Source of the DNA: Pseudoalteromonas tetraodonis
GTDB taxonomy: Bacteria; Pseudomonadota; Gammaproteobacteria; Enterobacterales; Alteromonadaceae
Assembly: GCF_002310835.1 (NCBI RefSeq)
Contig: NZ_CP011041.1
Coordinates: forward strand, 540,001 to 572,000
Direction of reading: 5' to 3'
DNA: 32,000 nucleotides
Positions 27,510 through 32,000 of the stretch are shown piece after piece. Position 1 is the stretch's first letter. Each line of letters begins with the position of its first letter. The notes beneath the pieces are model-generated. The model did not search any database and was not told where the DNA came from. It saw nothing but the letters and a program-made list of their open reading frames with translations. The position numbers were made by a program, and so were the translations under genes.

Positions 27510-28100
27510 ATGACTTTTAACCCGATAATGTTTGCCCGCCATAGCAACGCTAACAGCGCGGTTATTAATGCCTTACAAGCTAATAACAGCCACGTTGTTA
27601 TTGATTTTAGCGGCAGTGAAGCATCGGTATTTTTAAGTGCTATTTTAGGTCATGACCTCACCAAACTAACCGCCAGTGGCTTTGGTTTTAAAGGCACATT
27701 GGATGGCGATTTAAATTCTGATTTTAGCTACGCCGTTTACTACTTTAGCGAAACCGCCTTTAGATTTGTACTCTCAGTAAATGCCAGCTTGCAATTACAA
27801 GCACTCATTAACGAGCAACAGCTTAGGTACGATATCGACTTTGTGGTACGCACCGATTTAGCAACCTTTACCTTAACCGGTAGCAACGCCTTTGATACCT
27901 TAGTTGATGCGTTTAAATTAACCCCTGGCTTACGCCTTGCTGATGCGCAGCTTTGTTATGGCGCGCAAAGTGGCGAAGTGTTTGTTACCGCGGTAGATAA
28001 AAACAACGAGCAGCAGTTTATAGTGATTGCTAAAACGCCTACGCTTGATAAGTGGCAGCAGTATATGCAGCAACAAGGCTTTAGTGTTACTAACACCTAA
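27510..28100 (+). CDS. stand-alone paralog of the GcvT N-terminal region (truncated aminomethyltransferase-like, SoxG-like size)
   Basis: 196 aa. By hand it aligns with residues about 45-225 of the GcvT encoded 130 bp downstream. Matching pairs are SHVVIDFSGSEASVFLSAILGHDLTKLT vs [48 protein letters not shown] vs [18 protein letters not shown], and IVIAKTPTLDKWQQ vs [14 protein letters not shown]. It lacks the GcvT C-terminal domain. Confidence 0.6.
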   Translation: MTFNPIMFARHSNANSAVINALQANNSHVVIDFSGSEASVFLSAILGHDLTKLTASGFGFKGTLDGDLNSDFSYAVYYFSETAFRFVLSVNASLQLQALINEQQLRYDIDFVVRTDLATFTLTGSNAFDTLVDAFKLTPGLRLADAQLCYGAQSGEVFVTAVDKNNEQQFIVIAKTPTLDKWQQYMQQQGFSVTNT

Positions 28101-28236
28101 GCTGTTTAATTCGTTAAACATATTTTTGTTAAAGATTACAATTTGGTAGGCGTATTAATGGCTACCATGTTATTCCCCCTCATTCAATTGAGGCCACGCC
28201 CACACACATGGGTTAATTTAAAAGTGAAGGAATATT

Positions 28237-29319
28237 ATGACTTCTAAAACAGTATTACATGCAAAGCACCTTGAAGCCGGCGCAAAAATGGTTGATTTTC
28301 ATGGCTGGGAAATGCCAATTAACTACGGTTCACAAATAGAAGAACACAACGCCGTACGTAACGATGCGGGCATGTTCGACGTATCGCACATGACCATTGT
28401 TGATATACAAGGCGAGCAAGCACAAGCATTTTTACGCAAGCTTGTGGCTAACGACGTTGCTAAATTAACAGTACCTGGTAAAGCACTCTACACCGGCATG
28501 CTTAACGAGCAAGGTGGTGTAATTGACGACTTAATTATTTACTACTTTAGCGAAACATTTTATCGCTTAGTGGTTAACTCAGCGACCCGTGAAAAAGACC
28601 TAGCACATTTAGCTAAGGTATCGAGTGACTTTGCAGTAACGGTTACTGAGCGCCCAGAATTCGCCATGATTGCGGTTCAAGGCCCTAATGCACGCGCTAA
28701 AACTGCCCAGGTTTTAAACGCAGACCAGCAAGCTGCAGTTGAAGGCATGAAGCCATTTTTTGGTGTTCAAGCCGGTGATTTATTTATTGCTACAACAGGT
28801 TATACTGGCGAAGACGGTTACGAAATTGTAGTACCAAACGAGCAAGCAGCCGATTTATGGCAGCAATTGCTTGATGCCGGTGTAGCGCCTGCGGGCTTAG
28901 GCGCGCGCGACACACTACGTTTAGAAGCAGGTATGAACCTTTACGGCCTAGATATGGACGAAAGCGTATCACCACTGGCAGCTAACATGGCATGGACTAT
29001 TGCATGGGAACCAGAAGATCGTGACTTTATTGGTCGTGATGTTTTGGTAAAACAACGTGCAGAAAAAAGTACTCACAAGCAAGTAGGTCTTATTCTTGAA
29101 GAAAAAGGCGTACTACGCAGTGGTTCTAAAGTAATTGTTGATGGTGGCGAAGGTGTTATTACATCTGGCACATTCTCACCAACATTGGGCTATAGTGTTG
29201 CATTAGCACGTGTGCCACGTTCAACCGGCGACACAGCTCAAGTAGAAATGCGTAAAAAATTAGTTAACGTAAAAGTAGTTAAATCGGGCTTTGTACGTAA
29301 CGGTAAATCAATAATCTAA
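28237..29319 (+). CDS. gcvT: glycine cleavage system aminomethyltransferase (T protein)
   Basis: 360 aa. The N-terminus is [29 protein letters not shown], with [10 protein letters not shown] and [11 protein letters not shown]. It is followed by gcvH and gcvP. Confidence 0.95.
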   Translation: MTSKTVLHAKHLEAGAKMVDFHGWEMPINYGSQIEEHNAVRNDAGMFDVSHMTIVDIQGEQAQAFLRKLVANDVAKLTVPGKALYTGMLNEQGGVIDDLIIYYFSETFYRLVVNSATREKDLAHLAKVSSDFAVTVTERPEFAMIAVQGPNARAKTAQVLNADQQAAVEGMKPFFGVQAGDLFIATTGYTGEDGYEIVVPNEQAADLWQQLLDAGVAPAGLGARDTLRLEAGMNLYGLDMDESVSPLAANMAWTIAWEPEDRDFIGRDVLVKQRAEKSTHKQVGLILEEKGVLRSGSKVIVDGGEGVITSGTFSPTLGYSVALARVPRSTGDTAQVEMRKKLVNVKVVKSGFVRNGKSII

Positions 29320-29396
29320 ATAATTTGGTTATACCAGTAAATAGGTCACCCTCATTTATTGGTATTCTCCCAATCTAAACCAAAGGATGAAACAAA

Positions 29397-29786
29397 ATGA
29401 GCAATATCCCTAGCGAGTTAAAATACGCACCTTCACACGAGTGGGTTCGTAATGAAGGCGACGGCACTTACACTGTTGGTATTTCTGAGCACGCCCAAGA
29501 GCTGCTTGGCGACATGGTATTTGTTGAATTACCAGAAGTTGGCGACGTAGTCGATGCAGGCGAAGACTGTGCAGTAGCTGAGTCAGTAAAAGCGGCGTCA
29601 GACATTTACGCACCAATTAGCGGTGAAGTTGTTGCTATTAACGAAGAGCTAGAAGATTCTCCAGAAACAGTAAACAACGACGCTTACGGCGACGGTTGGT
29701 TATTCCGCATTAAAGCATCTGACGAATCTGAAGTTGATAACTTGCTCGACGCAGAAGGCTACGCACACACTATTGACGAAGAGTAA
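29397..29786 (+). CDS. gcvH: glycine cleavage system H protein (lipoyl carrier)
   Basis: 129 aa. YAPSHEWV, the lipoyl-lysine motif ESVKAASD and GDGWLFRIK. Confidence 0.95.
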   Translation: MSNIPSELKYAPSHEWVRNEGDGTYTVGISEHAQELLGDMVFVELPEVGDVVDAGEDCAVAESVKAASDIYAPISGEVVAINEELEDSPETVNNDAYGDGWLFRIKASDESEVDNLLDAEGYAHTIDEE

Positions 29787-29800
29787 TCGTTAATTAGTTA

Positions 29801-29832
29801 AAAGCCCCTCTATTTAAAACATTGGGGCTTTT
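29801..29832 (+). terminator. hairpin plus T-run between gcvH and gcvP (partial terminator or attenuator)
   Basis: AAAGCCCC - 15-nt loop - GGGGCTTT followed by TATGATTTT. Confidence 0.45.
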
Positions 29833-29937
29833 ATGATTTTACAGCTTATTACCATACCCAGTAAGTTGCCAAATCATCACATATTTTAATCAATACTAGT
29901 TACCCATTAGTATTTAGGATCATAGGAATCTGGACAC

Positions 29938-32000
29938 ATGTCAAACGCCAAATCTCTTGAACAATTAGAGCAAAAGCAAGATTTTATTCGCCGCCATATT
30001 GGGCCAAGCCCAGCGCAAGTAAACGACATGCTTAGCGCTCTTGAAGTATCGAGCGTTGAAGAGCTGATCGGTCAAACTGTACCTGCTGGTATTCGTCTTG
30101 AGCAAGGTCTTAATATCGGCGAAAGCCGTACCGAAGTTGAAACACTAAGCTACTTAAAATCAGTAGCAAGCAAAAATAAAGTTTTCAAATCGTATATTGG
30201 CCAAGGCTACCACCCAACTCACGTACCGCACGTAATTTTACGTAACGTACTTGAAAACCCGGGTTGGTACACAGCGTACACACCGTATCAGCCAGAGATT
30301 GCACAAGGGCGTTTAGAGTCACTATTAAATTTCCAGACTATGACCTTAGACATTACCGGCCTAGATTTAGCAAGTGCTTCACTGCTTGACGAATCAACTG
30401 CTGCAGCCGAGGCAATGGGCCTTGCAAAACGTGTATCTAAAGCTAAAAAAGCCAATGCGTTCTTTATTGCCGACGACGTACACACGCAAACCATTGACGT
30501 AGTGAGCACCCGTGCAGAGCAATTTGGTTTTGAAATTATTGTAGGTAAAGCCGCTGATGCCGTGAACCACGACATTTTTGGTGCGTTATTTCAATACCCG
30601 TCAACATCAGGCGAAATTGTTGATATAACTGACCTAATTGCTGGCGTACAAAGCAAAAAAGCGATTGCCTGTGTGGCAGCCGATATCATGAGCTTATTAC
30701 TGTTAAAAGCACCAGGTAAATTAGGTGCAGATGTAGTACTTGGCTCTGCTCAGCGTTTTGGTGTGCCAATGGGTTACGGTGGTCCACATGCTGCATTTTT
30801 TGCAACACGTGATGCATACAAACGTTCATTACCAGGGCGTATTATTGGTGTATCAAAAGACCGTTTAGGTAACGATGCACTGCGTATGGCAATGCAAACC
30901 CGTGAGCAACACATTCGTCGCGACAAAGCCAACTCAAACATTTGTACTGCGCAAGTATTACTAGCGAACATGGCGGCGTTTTACGCGGTATACCATGGCC
31001 CGCAAGGCTTAAAAACCATTGCACAACGCATTCACCGTTTTGCTGATATTTTAGCAACTGGCTTAAAAGCAAAAGGCGTGGCACTTAAGCACACTACCTG
31101 GTTTGATACATTAACTGTTGTTGATGAAAACAAAGCTGACGTGATTGCCCGTGCTGTGGCTAAAGGTGTTAACTTTGCTGCTAACCATGCAGTCGAGTAC
31201 TCAATTTCAGTATCAGAAACCACAATACGTGCAGACATTGCCGAGTTATTTGATATTATTTTAGGCGAAGGCCATGGCCTAAGCGTAGATGCGATTGCCG
31301 CTGATATTGAAGCAAATGGCAGCGACTCTATTCCTGCAAGCCTAGTGCGTGATGATGAAATTCTAACGCATCCAAACTTTAACAGCTACCACAGCGAAAC
31401 AGACATGCTTCGCTATATTAAGCGACTTGAAAACAAAGATTTAGCGCTTAATCACTCTATGATCTCGTTAGGTTCATGTACCATGAAACTAAACGCGACC
31501 GCTGAAATGATTCCAATTACCTGGCCTGAATTTGCAAACCTTCACCCATTCTGCCCGCTAGACCAAGCAGAGGGTTATCAAGTAATGATTAACGAGCTAC
31601 ACGATTGGCTAGTTAACATTACCGGTTACGATGCGGTTTCACTGCAACCAAATTCAGGTGCACAAGGTGAATACGCAGGCCTAATCGCCATTCGTAAATA
31701 CCACGAGTCACGAGGGGACGCGCACCGTAACGTATGTTTAATTCCAAGCTCTGCGCACGGTACTAATCCAGCGTCGGCACAAATGGCGAGCATGAAAATT
31801 GTGGTTGTTAACTGTGATAAACACGGCAACATCGACATGGAAGACTTAAAAACCAAAGCTGCTGAGGTGTCTGAAAACCTATCATGTGCCATGGTAACGT
31901 ACCCATCTACACACGGTGTATACGAAGAAACAATTCGTGAGCTATGTGAAATTGTTCACCAGCACGGTGGCCAAGTTTACATGGATGGCGCAAATATGAA
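29938..32000 (+). CDS. gcvP: glycine dehydrogenase (decarboxylating), P protein (3' end runs off the window)
   Basis: Absent from the ORF track because there is no stop in the window. Translation from ATG 29938 gives [24 protein letters not shown]...[36 protein letters not shown], closely paralleling E. coli GcvP. The frame stays open to 32000. Confidence 0.95.
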   Translation, partial: MSNAKSLEQLEQKQDFIRRHIGPSPAQVNDMLSALEVSSVEELIGQTVPAGIRLEQGLNIGESRTEVETLSYLKSVASKNKVFKSYIGQGYHPTHVPHVILRNVLENPGWYTAYTPYQPEIAQGRLESLLNFQTMTLDITGLDLASASLLDESTAAAEAMGLAKRVSKAKKANAFFIADDVHTQTIDVVSTRAEQFGFEIIVGKAADAVNHDIFGALFQYPSTSGEIVDITDLIAGVQSKKAIACVAADIMSLLLLKAPGKLGADVVLGSAQRFGVPMGYGGPHAAFFATRDAYKRSLPGRIIGVSKDRLGNDALRMAMQTREQHIRRDKANSNICTAQVLLANMAAFYAVYHGPQGLKTIAQRIHRFADILATGLKAKGVALKHTTWFDTLTVVDENKADVIARAVAKGVNFAANHAVEYSISVSETTIRADIAELFDIILGEGHGLSVDAIAADIEANGSDSIPASLVRDDEILTHPNFNSYHSETDMLRYIKRLENKDLALNHSMISLGSCTMKLNATAEMIPITWPEFANLHPFCPLDQAEGYQVMINELHDWLVNITGYDAVSLQPNSGAQGEYAGLIAIRKYHESRGDAHRNVCLIPSSAHGTNPASAQMASMKIVVVNCDKHGNIDMEDLKTKAAEVSENLSCAMVTYPSTHGVYEETIRELCEIVHQHGGQVYMDGANM

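Noticed and set aside
28101-28236. Glycine riboswitch upstream of gcvT
   Set aside because: I looked for the conserved GGAGAG...CACCG...CTCTGGAGA-type cores and found none. The leader is AT-rich with only a short GGTAG/CTACC hairpin.
30288-31892. Minus-strand ORFs inside gcvP (30288..30575, 30774..30971, 30842..31084, 31032..31238, 31626..31892)
   Set aside because: The plus strand encodes an uninterrupted, strongly GcvP-like protein across this region, so these are antisense artefacts. The same reasoning applies to 3434..3661, 7521..7736, 8517..8723, 9498..9710, 12880..13065, 14831..15324, 16454..16758, 18462..19077, 21535..22245, 23026..23295, 25081..25542, 27930..28121, 28790..28975 and 29410..29616.

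Overview
AT-rich (about 40% GC by eye) gammaproteobacterial chromosomal segment. Gene content and style suggest Alteromonadales or Pseudoalteromonas, but this is inference and no search was possible. Most of the window is ordinary housekeeping: yjjG-yjjX, a prkB-like kinase, a secreted M1 aminopeptidase, ppiC, a glutathione peroxidase, a GNAT, two two-component systems, queG, an MCP, ugpQ-like and EamA genes, a crotonase, rnr-rlmB, a Fur-box-preceded TonB-dependent receptor, a LysR regulator and gcvT-gcvH-gcvP. I do not see a complete new multi-gene system. The most unusual item is a 311-bp element with terminal inverted repeats and flanking TA dinucleotides, richly self-complementary, present twice in direct orientation exactly 5120 bp apart (3002-3312 and 8122-8432). 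Copy B splits a YibF-like glutathione S-transferase gene, and removing it in silico with one TA restores an intact 194-codon ORF. Copy A sits between a TolB-like periplasmic protein gene and a small unknown ORF. It behaves like a non-autonomous IS630/mariner-style MITE, I do not recognise it, and no transposase is in the window. Other items worth a second look: (1) a 196-aa stand-alone paralog of the GcvT N-terminal region just upstream of gcvT, sharing a 19-nt identical stretch with it; (2) a truncated tyrosine-recombinase-like ORF with substituted catalytic residues; (3) a (TTAACCC)5-6 telomere-like heptamer array with G-quadruplex potential; (4) G-rich tracts right after stop codons at convergent gene junctions; (5) a response regulator with an unrecognised 250-aa output domain; (6) a 56-aa membrane peptide translationally coupled to a DesK-type kinase. 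All protein calls rest on motifs read from the supplied translations and remembered family features, and all coordinates and identities were counted by hand.
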